A DNA stretch of 28,317 nt from an uncultured Bacteroidota bacterium (GCA_903930725.1 CAIYZW010000661.1:1-28317); one strand, 5' to 3'. Positions 18,678 to 27,739 are shown, counted from the first letter of the stretch. Notes: a model not told the origin generated them from the letters alone. Program-made: numbers and translations.

Positions 18678-18767
18678 ATGCCAAGCGGAAAAAAAAGAAA
18701 AAGACACAAGATGGCTACCCACAAACGCAAAAAACGTTTGAGGAAGAACAGGCACAAGAAGAAATAA
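18678..18767 (+). CDS. 29-aa basic protein, AURKAIP1/COX24 (mS38)-like, small ribosomal protein bS22; absent from the ORF track
   Basis: Hand translation MPSGKKRKRHKMATHKRKKRLRKNRHKKK*. It starts 16 nt after the HU stop, is followed by a terminator, and matches the conserved Bacteroidota bS22-like peptide as I recall it. Confidence 0.88.
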   Translation: MPSGKKRKRHKMATHKRKKRLRKNRHKKK

Positions 18768-18782
18768 TGTTCTTACAGCCGT

Positions 18783-18838
18783 AAAAAATTATTACGTACT
18801 GCCAGTTACATTACGGCATTATGTAATAATTTTTTTTT
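18783..18838 (+). terminator. Intrinsic terminator after HU-bS22
   Basis: aaaaaattattacgta-c-tgcc-agttacattac-ggca-t-tatgtaataatttttt plus a T tract. Confidence 0.75.
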
Positions 18839-18907
18839 ATGGAAATGCAGTATTCTCAAAATTGTAGAAAACCAGGCATTTTTATGGTTATTATAAAAAA
18901 ATAATGT

Positions 18908-20458
18908 GTGGATAGGGAATTAATCATTGATTCGAATTCCTCCGGGATTGATATTGCACTGCTCGAGGATAAGTTATTAGTCGAACTTCATAAAGAGAAA
19001 AACAATAAGCAATATTCTGTTGGCGATGTTTACCTGGGCAAGGTTAAAAAAATAATGCCCGGGCTTAATGCTGCTTTCGTTAATGTTGGTTACGATAAAG
19101 ATGCGTTTTTGCATTACCTCGATTTAGGCCCGCAGGTTCGCTCATTAAATAAATATACCAAACTTGCCATTACCGGCAAAGCCTCTCAAATTCCCATCAG
19201 CAGCTTCAGGCTTGAGCCTGAAATTGAAAAAACAGGTAAGATTTCTGATGTTCTGGCAGTAAATCAACAGATTCTTGTTCAAATTGCCAAAGAACCCATT
19301 TCGACAAAAGGGCCAAGGATAGCTTCCGAAATTTCGTTTGCAGGAAGATTTTTGGTACTTGTGCCTTTTGCCGACCGGATTTCGGTATCACAAAAAATCA
19401 GAAGCCTCGAAGAACGGAAAAGGCTTAAGAAGATTTTGAAGAGCCTAAAACCTGATAATTTTGGAGTAATCATCCGTACTGTTGCCGAAAACAAATTAGT
19501 TGCTGAGTTAGAAGCTGACCTTCTGGATCTGATCAAAAAATGGGATCAGATTGCCAATAAGTTACACAAAGCCGAAGCTCCCCAGAAAATTGTCAGCGAA
19601 CTCGACCGCACCTCGGCCATGTTGCGCGATTTACTCAACGAGTCGTTCAACAATATTTATATCAACGATTCGCAGCTTACCGATGAGATTAAATCGTTTA
19701 TCAAACAAATTGCTCCCGAAAAGGCAGGGATTGTTAAATTCTTTAATGGCTCAAAACCAATCTTTGAACATTTTGGAATTGATAAGCAAATAAAGAATTC
19801 GTTTGGTAAAATTGTAACCATCAAAAGCGGCGTTTATTTGATTATCGAGCATACCGAGGCCATGCATGCCATTGATGTAAACTCTGGACATCGAGTAAAC
19901 CGTGAGAAAAATCAGGAAAATAATTCGGTTGAAGTAAATATCGAGGCAGCCACCGAAATTGCCAGGCAGCTCAGGCTGCGCGACATGGGCGGCATAATTG
20001 TGATAGATTTTATTGATATGACCGAGGCCAAACACCGCCGCGAACTTTACCAGACTTTGCGCGATGAAATGGCAAAAGACCGTGCAAAACATTCAATCCT
20101 TCCACCAAGTAAGTTCGGGCTAGTGCAAATCACCCGTCAGCGGGTAAGGCCGGAAATGAATGTTGCTATTTTGGAAAAATGCCCTGTTTGCAATGGCACA
20201 GGCGAAACCAAAGCATCAGTTTTGATTGTTGACGAAATCGAGAACAACCTTAATTATCTCATTCACGAGCAAAACGAGAAATACCTCACTCTTATGGTGC
20301 ACCCATTTTTGAATTCGCATCTCAAAAGCGGATTTATCTCGCAAAGATTAAAATGGATTTTCCACTACAAGCGCTGGATTAAAATCACCCCAATGCCTTC
20401 TTACCACTTTCTCGAATATCATTTCTTCAACAAAAACAACGATGAGTTGAAGATGTAA
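18908..20458 (+). CDS. rng: Rne/Rng family ribonuclease (RNase G/E)
   Basis: S1 domain VGDVYLGKVKKIMPGLNAAFV, KEPISTKGPRI, AIDVNSG, QLRLRDMGGIIVIDFID and Zn-link CPVCNGTG. GTG start. Confidence 0.94.
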   Translation: MDRELIIDSNSSGIDIALLEDKLLVELHKEKNNKQYSVGDVYLGKVKKIMPGLNAAFVNVGYDKDAFLHYLDLGPQVRSLNKYTKLAITGKASQIPISSFRLEPEIEKTGKISDVLAVNQQILVQIAKEPISTKGPRIASEISFAGRFLVLVPFADRISVSQKIRSLEERKRLKKILKSLKPDNFGVIIRTVAENKLVAELEADLLDLIKKWDQIANKLHKAEAPQKIVSELDRTSAMLRDLLNESFNNIYINDSQLTDEIKSFIKQIAPEKAGIVKFFNGSKPIFEHFGIDKQIKNSFGKIVTIKSGVYLIIEHTEAMHAIDVNSGHRVNREKNQENNSVEVNIEAATEIARQLRLRDMGGIIVIDFIDMTEAKHRRELYQTLRDEMAKDRAKHSILPPSKFGLVQITRQRVRPEMNVAILEKCPVCNGTGETKASVLIVDEIENNLNYLIHEQNEKYLTLMVHPFLNSHLKSGFISQRLKWIFHYKRWIKITPMPSYHFLEYHFFNKNNDELKM

Positions 20459-20504
20459 ACATCCAACCAGGTTCAAATCGTCTTATTTTCATTAATAAAA
20501 TAGT

Positions 20505-20512
20505 TATTTTTG
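20505..20512 (+). promoter_or_regulatory. Putative -7 element of the trpS promoter
   Basis: TATTTTTG, 60 nt upstream of the trpS ATG. Confidence 0.5.
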
Positions 20513-20515
20513 CCC

Positions 20516-20544
20516 CGCTTCCGTTTGAGAACCAAACGGAAGCG
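20516..20544 (+). other. Perfect 12-bp GC-rich hairpin between rng and trpS
   Basis: cgcttccgtttg-agaac-caaacggaagcg. Confidence 0.8.
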
Positions 20545-20571
20545 TAATCTTTTATCATTAAAATCTTTAAT

Positions 20572-21567
20572 ATGGAAACTGTTGTAAGTGGCATCAGGCC
20601 TACCGGAAATTTGCACCTCGGCAATTATTTTGGTGCCATTAAGAATTTTTTACGAATGCAGGAGGAAAACAAGTGCTTCTTTTTTATCGCCGATTATCAT
20701 TCCCTCACCACGCATCCTACCCCTGAAGATTTGCACGGAAATGTAAAACAGGTTTTGGTCGAATATCTTGCAACCGGCATAGATCCTGAAAAATCAACTT
20801 TGTACATCCAGAGCGACCTGCCCGAAACAGCCGAATTGTACCTTTTACTCAACATGAATGCCTACATGGGCGAGCTGGAAAGAGTTACCACCTTTAAAGA
20901 AAAAGCCCGGAAACAACCCGAAAATATTAACGCCGGCTTACTCACTTATCCAACTTTAATGGCTGCCGACATTATTATTCATAAAGCCAGCAAGGTGCCG
21001 GTAGGCAAGGACCAGGAACAACACCTCGAACTAACGCGGACCTTTGCACGCCGCTTTAACAGGATGTACAACAACGAATATTTCCCCGAACCAGTGGCTT
21101 TTAATTATGGCGAAAACCTGATAAAAATTCCAGGACTCGATGGAACCGGGAAAATGGGAAAATCTGAAGGCGAAGGAAATGCAATTTTCCTGGCGGATGA
21201 CCCAAAAATTATCCGGAAAAAAGTAATGCGCGCGGTTACAGATGCAGGTCCAACCGAGCCTGATTCGCCAAGGTCTGAACCGATCGAAAACCTGTTCAGC
21301 CTGATGAAAGTGGTTTCGACACCCGACTCTATCGAGTATTTCGAGTCGCAATACAAAACATGCCAAATCAGGTATGGCGATCTTAAAAAACAACTTGCCG
21401 AAGACATTATTAAATTTACAGAACCCGTTAGAGAGCGGATTCTGGAGCTTTCGGCAGACGAAAATTACCTGAGCAAAGTGGCCAGAATTGGTGCCGAAAA
21501 GGCCCATGAAAGCGGAGCAAAAACTGTAAAAGAGGTACGTGAAATTATTGGGTTCCGTAGATTTTAA
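20572..21567 (+). CDS. trpS: Tryptophan--tRNA ligase
   Basis: SGIRPTGNLHLGNY (HIGH-like), YPTLMAADII, VPVGKDQEQHLE, KMGKS. Confidence 0.97.
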   Translation: METVVSGIRPTGNLHLGNYFGAIKNFLRMQEENKCFFFIADYHSLTTHPTPEDLHGNVKQVLVEYLATGIDPEKSTLYIQSDLPETAELYLLLNMNAYMGELERVTTFKEKARKQPENINAGLLTYPTLMAADIIIHKASKVPVGKDQEQHLELTRTFARRFNRMYNNEYFPEPVAFNYGENLIKIPGLDGTGKMGKSEGEGNAIFLADDPKIIRKKVMRAVTDAGPTEPDSPRSEPIENLFSLMKVVSTPDSIEYFESQYKTCQIRYGDLKKQLAEDIIKFTEPVRERILELSADENYLSKVARIGAEKAHESGAKTVKEVREIIGFRRF

Positions 21568-21649
21568 TTGTTCCTTTTCGTTAGATTATGGCTCATGTTG
21601 AAAATATTTATATTTTAACCAAAAATTTCATGTTTAGATACTTTGCCGT

Positions 21650-22018
21650 ATGGAAACTTCCAAATCAACTAAATTTTTTGTGGATTGGTTCCTGAAAATT
21701 GGAATCATCCTGTTTATTGGCTCGGTTTTATTTGAAATCCTTATCCAGCTAAAGCCTGATAATGAGTTTTGGTTCTGGACACTGAGGATTTTTTTAGTGG
21801 CGCTGTTTGCGGGTTTAACGGTGGTTATCGTTGCACTTGGCAGAATGGAATATTATATTTTTGGGTTTTTTCTGACATTTATCGCCAGTCTTTACAAAAT
21901 TATTAATATCCTTAATGTCACTTCCGGGTACACCGAAATTCCGGTTTTCATTCTGCTCATAGCTGTTTCGGTTTATTTTCTAACCAAATCGAGCCGTTCA
22001 CACCAGCACCACAATTGA
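21650..22018 (+). CDS. Hypothetical membrane protein with about 4 TM segments
   Basis: 122 aa, four hydrophobic stretches, His-rich C-terminus SHQHHN. No family recognised. Confidence 0.7.
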   Translation: METSKSTKFFVDWFLKIGIILFIGSVLFEILIQLKPDNEFWFWTLRIFLVALFAGLTVVIVALGRMEYYIFGFFLTFIASLYKIINILNVTSGYTEIPVFILLIAVSVYFLTKSSRSHQHHN

Positions 22019-22035
22019 TTATCCCAACAAAATAG

Positions 22036-22584
22036 ATGAATGCGCTCAGAAATCTCATTTTATTCATTATTGTTTCGGCACTGGCACTAATAATTTTTGC
22101 CTGGTATTCGGGTGTTTTTTCAAGAGCCGCTGTTCGGGTCGAATTTATGGAACCGTTTGTAGCGGCATATCAGGATGAAATTGGCGAATACAGCGAAACC
22201 CGCCTGGCGCAAGATAGTTTGTACAATTTGCTTTGGGAAGATGCCATCGAGAATTATAAAACATTTGGTATTTTTTATGACGACCCAAGAACAACAGACA
22301 TCACGAAAATGCACCACCGCGTGGGTTGTATCATCGAAAAAGCCTATGTTCAAAAAGTCGAAAAGTTTTCATCAAAATATAAAGTTTTCAGGTTTGAAAG
22401 GCAGCAATGTGCTTTGGTAGAAATTCCATTTAAAAATACATTTTCGATTTATGCCGGAATTTATAAAGCCTACCCTTTACTAAAAGAATATGCCGACGAA
22501 AACGGCTACAAAAACCAACCCATCATCGAAATTCATGATATTCCAAAAAAAATCAGTTTTTTTATGCCCCTGGTTAAAAAATAA
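22036..22584 (+). CDS. Membrane-anchored GyrI-like small-molecule-binding domain protein (TEX264-like)
   Basis: N-terminal TM anchor, then FGIFYDDPRTT...RVGCII...VEIPFKNTFSIYAGIYKAYPLL...PIIEIHD. Confidence 0.72.
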   Translation: MNALRNLILFIIVSALALIIFAWYSGVFSRAAVRVEFMEPFVAAYQDEIGEYSETRLAQDSLYNLLWEDAIENYKTFGIFYDDPRTTDITKMHHRVGCIIEKAYVQKVEKFSSKYKVFRFERQQCALVEIPFKNTFSIYAGIYKAYPLLKEYADENGYKNQPIIEIHDIPKKISFFMPLVKK

Positions 22585-22653
22585 AAAACCGGTTCAAAAA
22601 ACATCGTAGCGGTTTTATCTGTTAATTGAATTAAAATATTGATTATCTGATTT

Positions 22654-23847
22654 ATGTCAAAAACTTATGATACAGCTGTTAAACTGGAAAAAGTAGCTTT
22701 GGTTGGCCTTATTTCGGGCAAAGATGACGAAAGCCGCATTTTGGAGTATCTCGACGAACTTGCTTTTCTTGTCGAAACTGCCGGTGGTGTCCCACAAAAA
22801 AGATTTACCCAACGTCTCGACCGACCCGATTCCAAAACTTTTATTGGTTCGGGAAAATTGAATGAAATTGCCGAATACGTTAAAGCAGCCGAGATTGATA
22901 TTGTAGTTTTTGATGACGAACTCACCGGTTCGCAGCATAAAAATATCGAGAAAGTTTTGGAGTGTCGTGTCCTTGACCGTAATAATCTGATATTGGATAT
23001 TTTTGCACACCGGGCACGCACCGCTCACGCCAAAACCCAGGTGGAGCTAGCACAGTACGAATATTTGCTGCCTCGCCTTACGCGCCTTTGGACGCACCTC
23101 GAAAGGCAACAGGGCGGAATTGGGATGAGAGGCCCCGGTGAAACCGAAATCGAAACCGACCGCCGAATTATCCGCGATAAAATTGCCCTCCTCAAAGAAA
23201 AGCTCGAACTGATTGATAAACAAATGGTGACGCAGCGCAAAAACCGTGGCAGCATGATCAGGGTGGCGCTGGTGGGTTACACCAACGTGGGTAAATCAAC
23301 CATAATGAACCAGTTGAGCAAATCAGATGTTTTTGCCGAAAACAAACTTTTTGCAACACTCGATACTACTGTTCGCAAGGTGGTTATTGATAATTTGCCT
23401 TTCCTGCTTTCCGATACCGTTGGTTTTATCCGCAAATTGCCCCACAGCCTTGTCGAATCGTTCAAATCAACACTCGATGAGGTGCGCGAGGCCGATTTGC
23501 TGCTTCATATCGTGGATATTTCGCACTCCGATTTTGAAGCACAAATTAATGTTGTAAACCAAACTCTTGCCGAAATTGAAGCAGGAAACAAACCTACGAT
23601 ACTGATATTTAATAAAATAGATGCTTACACTTTCGTCGAAAAGGAAGTTGACGACCTCACCGAGCCAACCGATGAAAACACCACCCTCGACGAATTAAAA
23701 AAATCATGGATGGCTAAAGTGAACAGCCCTTCTATTTTCATTTCGGCCATCAAAAAGGATAATTGGGAATCGCTCCGCAAAATGCTTTATGATGAGGTGA
23801 AACGACTTCATATTTTGAGGTATCCATATCACAATTTCCTTTATTAA
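22654..23847 (+). CDS. hflX: Ribosome-splitting GTPase HflX
   Basis: AQYEYLLPRL, GMRGPGETEIETDRR, VGYTNVGKST, LFATLD, DTVGFI, NKID. Confidence 0.97.
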   Translation: MSKTYDTAVKLEKVALVGLISGKDDESRILEYLDELAFLVETAGGVPQKRFTQRLDRPDSKTFIGSGKLNEIAEYVKAAEIDIVVFDDELTGSQHKNIEKVLECRVLDRNNLILDIFAHRARTAHAKTQVELAQYEYLLPRLTRLWTHLERQQGGIGMRGPGETEIETDRRIIRDKIALLKEKLELIDKQMVTQRKNRGSMIRVALVGYTNVGKSTIMNQLSKSDVFAENKLFATLDTTVRKVVIDNLPFLLSDTVGFIRKLPHSLVESFKSTLDEVREADLLLHIVDISHSDFEAQINVVNQTLAEIEAGNKPTILIFNKIDAYTFVEKEVDDLTEPTDENTTLDELKKSWMAKVNSPSIFISAIKKDNWESLRKMLYDEVKRLHILRYPYHNFLY

Positions 23848-23966
23848 GGTTTAAAAAGTAGTAACATAACTGATGAATTTGCCATGATTAAAATGCACCC
23901 AATTTGGATGATTGTTTCTCAAATCATAGCTATTCCTTATGACTAAAACGTCAAAATTATTTTCAT

Positions 23967-25604
23967 ATGAAAAAAATCTATCTGTTCCTTCTGGCAGTTG
24001 CTTCCGGGCTTATCTTAAGTGCAGGATGGCCCATGAATGGCTTCCCGTTTTTGTTGTTTGCCGGATTTGTTCCGCTACTTTTCATCGAAGATAACATTAA
24101 TCGTTTTCGCGGGAATTTCAATAAATTCAGCATGCTTACCTACGCTTACGTTGCTTTTTTTATCTGGAACCTGTTAACTACCTGGTGGATATGGAATTCG
24201 ACGATTTTTGGAGCCATTATGGCCGTAATCCTCAATTCGCTTTTTATGGCGATGGTTTTTTCGCTTTTCCATTGGAGCAAACGCGGCTTTGTTAACCGCC
24301 AAAACGCGAACTATCTTTTTGTTTTATATTGGATTTCGTTCGAGTTTTTGCATCTCGACTGGGATTTATCCTGGCCATGGCTTAATTTGGGCAATGCTTT
24401 CGGAATGTACACCAAATGGGTGCAATGGTACGAATTTACAGGCGCATTAGGGGGTTCATTATGGGTTTTGATAATGAATGTTTTAGTGTTTTATTTTATA
24501 AAATCACTCATCGAAAACCTGAAATTATGGAAGAAAATAACATTAAATTTTGTGCCAGTTCTGGTTTTTATCATTGCTCCAATGTGGTTTTCGGAAATGT
24601 TGTACCGTAATTATGAAGAAAAACCAAATCCTGTCGAAATTGTGGTTGCACAGCCCAATGTAAATCCCTGGAACGAGCAGTACATCTTGCCTTCACGCGA
24701 CGTTATCAATCGTAATCTTGTACTTGCCGACAGCCTTGTTACCCCCGAAACCGAATTCGTGCTCTGTCCCGAATCGGCCATACAGGAAGACATCTGGCAC
24801 CACAGCATCAACAAATCGCCCAGCATTTTGATTATCAGGAAATTTATAAACGACTACCCAAATCTCAATTTAATTATCGGGGCTTCAACATTCAGTTTAT
24901 TTCAGGATGGTGAGAAAATTACCAAAACAGCCCGCAAATTTTCGGATGTTGACAAATATTATGATGCATTTAATTCGGCTTTGTTTATCAATAAAAACGA
25001 AGATATTGGCCTTTACCACAAATCGAAATTAGTTCCGGGTCCTGAGAAGATGCCTTTCCAGCTGTTGCTCAGGCCTTTCCAGGATTTTGCCTTCGATTTG
25101 GGAGGAACGGTTGGGAGTCTTGGTATGTCGGCCAAACGGGAGGTTTTTACTTCCGTTGATGGGAAGTTTAAAGTGCCAGCAATTATTTGTTACGAATCAA
25201 TTTATGGAGAATTCTGCTCCAAATTCGTTAAAAATGGTGCAAACCTTCTATTCATCATCACCAACGATGGCTGGTGGGGAAATACTGCCGGACATCGCCA
25301 GCATTTTGCTTTTGCTCCGCTGCTTTCGGTCGAAACACGACGAAGCCTTGCTCGTTCGGCCAATACCGGGATTTCGGGTTTTATAAATCAGCGTGGCGAT
25401 ATTATCGAAAAGACGGATTATTGGGAACCGGCAGTTATAAAGGCTAGCCTTAACGCCAACGATAAAATTACTTTTTATGTGAAGTACGGCGACTTAATCG
25501 GGCGATTGTTTACTTTTTTGAGTGGCCTTTTTATTCTGATTTCCATCACCTCATCCATCACTAACCGGAAAAAACTCAAGTATTGGAGAATCCAGAAGCA
25601 GTGA
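23967..25604 (+). CDS. lnt: Apolipoprotein N-acyltransferase
   Basis: N-terminal TM helices, SWPWLNLGN, nitrilase-fold triad CPESA / HKSKLVPGPE / ICYES, ITNDGWW and RSANTGISG. Confidence 0.93.
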   Translation: MKKIYLFLLAVASGLILSAGWPMNGFPFLLFAGFVPLLFIEDNINRFRGNFNKFSMLTYAYVAFFIWNLLTTWWIWNSTIFGAIMAVILNSLFMAMVFSLFHWSKRGFVNRQNANYLFVLYWISFEFLHLDWDLSWPWLNLGNAFGMYTKWVQWYEFTGALGGSLWVLIMNVLVFYFIKSLIENLKLWKKITLNFVPVLVFIIAPMWFSEMLYRNYEEKPNPVEIVVAQPNVNPWNEQYILPSRDVINRNLVLADSLVTPETEFVLCPESAIQEDIWHHSINKSPSILIIRKFINDYPNLNLIIGASTFSLFQDGEKITKTARKFSDVDKYYDAFNSALFINKNEDIGLYHKSKLVPGPEKMPFQLLLRPFQDFAFDLGGTVGSLGMSAKREVFTSVDGKFKVPAIICYESIYGEFCSKFVKNGANLLFIITNDGWWGNTAGHRQHFAFAPLLSVETRRSLARSANTGISGFINQRGDIIEKTDYWEPAVIKASLNANDKITFYVKYGDLIGRLFTFLSGLFILISITSSITNRKKLKYWRIQKQ

Positions 25605-25649
25605 CAATAAACTTCCCGGATTGAAGTTTCAAAGTTTTTTTATATAAAA

Positions 25650-25674
25650 AAGGCCGTCCAATGCGGGCGGCCTT
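25650..25674. terminator. Intrinsic terminator, probably bidirectional, between lnt and the FN3-repeat gene
   Basis: aaggccgtcc-aatgc-gggcggcctt, preceded by an A tract (U tract on the minus strand) and followed by aattttt. Confidence 0.8.
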
Positions 25675-25696
25675 AATTTTTAAAAGAAGAAAATTA

Positions 25697-27739
25697 CTAT
25701 TTCCTTACGAGTTTCAGTTGTTTGATGGTTTCGCCTTGTTGCAGAACAACAAAGTAAATGCCGGCGTTTTTATCATCGAAATTCAATGTTAAAGTGTTTG
25801 TGCCTTCAACCGAACGGACATTTTGTTCCATCACAACTTCACCGAGGAGATTAACCACCTTAAGTGAATAACTCCCTTCGAATGTTGAGCTGAAAGAAAT
25901 TACTGCATTATTAATAACAGGATTTGGATAAGCTTTTAGTTCAGTAAAGTCAGCAAACGTTGCAGTTTTATAACTCATGTTTTCGCTATTGGCAATGCTT
26001 TGCGAACCGGAAGAATCTGCTAAAGTTTCAAAAGTTTGAGCCCAGCCATAGCCAGTCCATTGACCTTCACAAAGTGTATTTATTTCCCAGGTGTACTCGC
26101 TGCCTGCATGAAGGTTTACAAGGTTTACCACGTTGCCTGAATCGGCATATTGAAAATGAAAATGAGGTGAACCGTATCTTTTATAACGAACCCAGGTTTC
26201 ACCGGTTAACCCGCCCCAGCTAAGATCGGCAGTATGAACGGTAATGTTTGATGCAACCTGATCGGTTGGTTCACAATTATAAGTTGTAGTATCTTCAAGT
26301 GTTGTAAAAGTTTGTGCCCAGCCATAGCCAGTCCATTCGCCATCGCACCATGTGTTGAGTTCCCAGGTATAAATGCTGCCTGAATGCAGGTTTTCGAGAT
26401 TTACAAAATTCAAAGTATCAGCAAAACTATAACGGAAATGTGTTGATCCATCTCTTTTGTAGCGTACCCAGGTTTTTTCAGTCAATTCACCCCAGCTTAA
26501 ATCAGCGGTATTTTCGGTAACGTTTGATGCAAGTTGATCGGTAGGCTCACAAACCACAACATTTGTATCTTCAACAGTAGTAAAAGTTTGTGCCCAGCCA
26601 TAACCTGTCCACATTCCGTCGCACAAAGTATTTAGTTCCCAGGTATAAACACTGCCCGAATGAAGGTTTTCGAGGCTTACTGCGTTTGAGGTTTCAGCAA
26701 AACTGTAATGGAAATGTGTTGACCCGTCTCTTTTGTAGCGTACCCATGTATTTCCGGTCAGACCACCCCAGCTTAAATCGGCTGTGGTTTCGGTAATATT
26801 GGAAGCAAGTTGATCGGTAGGTTCACATACTTCAATGATTGTATCTCCTAAAGTTGTAAAAGTTTGTGCCCAGCTATAGCCAGTCCACATTCCACCGCAT
26901 AAAGTATTGAGTTCCCAGGTATAAACGCTGCCTGAATGAAGATTTTCTAAGCTGACTGCATTTGAAGTTTCAGCAAAACTGTAATGGAAATTATTAGATC
27001 CGTCTCTTTTGTAACGTACCCAGGTATTTCCGGTTAATCCACCCCAGCTTAAATCGGCTGTAGTTTCGGTAACATTGGAAGCAAGTTGATCGGTGGGTTC
27101 ACAAACCTCGATAATTGTATCTCCTAAAGTTGTAAAAGTCTGTGCCCAGCCATAGCCAGTCCAAAAACCATCACATAATGTATTGATCTCCCAGGTGTAA
27201 AGGCTGCCTGAATGTAAATCTTCGAGGCTAACGGCATTTGATGTTTCAGCAAAACTGTAATGGAAATTATTTGATCCGTCTCTTTTGTAGCGCACCCAGG
27301 TATCACCGGTTAATCCACCCCAGCTTAAATCGGCAGTAGTTTCGGTAATATTGGCAGCAAACTGATCGGTAGGTTCGCAAACCACAATTACAGTATCTCC
27401 TAAAGTTGTAAATGTTTGAGGCCAGCCGTAGCCTGACCAGACACCTTCACATAATGTGTTTATTTCCCAGGTGTAAACGCTGGCTGAATGTAGGTTTTGG
27501 AGGCTTACAGCATTTGATGAATCCGCAAAACTGTAATGGAAATTGTTTGATGCATCCCTTTTATAGCGAACCCAGGTTTCGCCGGTTAATCCGCCCCAGC
27601 TTAAGTCGGCTGTGGTTTCGGTGATGTTGGTGGCAGTTTGATCAGTTGGAAAGCAGGTTACCTGAGCAGAGAGCGCAAGTGAAGTGAGCATTGTCAGCAT
27701 GAAAAAAAATGCCGAAAATTTCGTAATCAATTTTCTCAT
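25697..27739 (-). CDS. T9SS type A sorting domain protein built from six tandem FN3-like repeats
   Basis: Signal peptide (about 25 aa), six 92-aa units C.PTDQ...TADLSW...WVRYKR...NLHSGS.YTWE.NT.C...TFTT, then CTD LKAYPNP...AGIYFVVL...KLVRK. Confidence 0.9.
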   Translation of the reverse strand: MRKLITKFSAFFFMLTMLTSLALSAQVTCFPTDQTATNITETTADLSWGGLTGETWVRYKRDASNNFHYSFADSSNAVSLQNLHSASVYTWEINTLCEGVWSGYGWPQTFTTLGDTVIVVCEPTDQFAANITETTADLSWGGLTGDTWVRYKRDGSNNFHYSFAETSNAVSLEDLHSGSLYTWEINTLCDGFWTGYGWAQTFTTLGDTIIEVCEPTDQLASNVTETTADLSWGGLTGNTWVRYKRDGSNNFHYSFAETSNAVSLENLHSGSVYTWELNTLCGGMWTGYSWAQTFTTLGDTIIEVCEPTDQLASNITETTADLSWGGLTGNTWVRYKRDGSTHFHYSFAETSNAVSLENLHSGSVYTWELNTLCDGMWTGYGWAQTFTTVEDTNVVVCEPTDQLASNVTENTADLSWGELTEKTWVRYKRDGSTHFRYSFADTLNFVNLENLHSGSIYTWELNTWCDGEWTGYGWAQTFTTLEDTTTYNCEPTDQVASNITVHTADLSWGGLTGETWVRYKRYGSPHFHFQYADSGNVVNLVNLHAGSEYTWEINTLCEGQWTGYGWAQTFETLADSSGSQSIANSENMSYKTATFADFTELKAYPNPVINNAVISFSSTFEGSYSLKVVNLLGEVVMEQNVRSVEGTNTLTLNFDDKNAGIYFVVLQQGETIKQLKLVRK
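26000..27655 (-). repeat. Six tandem 276-bp intragenic repeats
   Basis: For example gtatctcctaaagttgtaaa recurs at 26841 and 27117, 276 bp apart. Protein units 3 and 4 differ at 10 of 92 residues. Confidence 0.95.

Noticed and set aside
18245-18757. 170-aa minus-strand ORF
   Set aside because: It is antisense to HU and bS22, crosses their promoter, and its Phe/Cys-rich composition simply mirrors the A-rich sense strand.
20468-20482. GGTTCAAATC resembling a tRNA T-loop
   Set aside because: No cloverleaf or acceptor stem can be formed around it.
22586-22617. aaaaccg...cggtttt inverted repeat between the GyrI-like gene and hflX
   Set aside because: A 7-bp stem with an 18-nt loop is too weak to call a terminator.
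23884-23946. 20-codon ORF MIKMHPIWMIVSQIIAIPYD between hflX and lnt
   Set aside because: No homology or regulatory support; expected by chance.
30-27624. The many 60-160 aa ORFs nested in or antisense to long genes
   Set aside because: Each overlaps a gene with clear family motifs and shows no motif of its own.
26000-27655. Tandem repeats as a CRISPR array or diversity-generating retroelement target
   Set aside because: The units are in-frame 276-bp coding repeats without unique spacers. No cas or reverse transcriptase gene is in the window, and the changes are not visibly adenine-specific.
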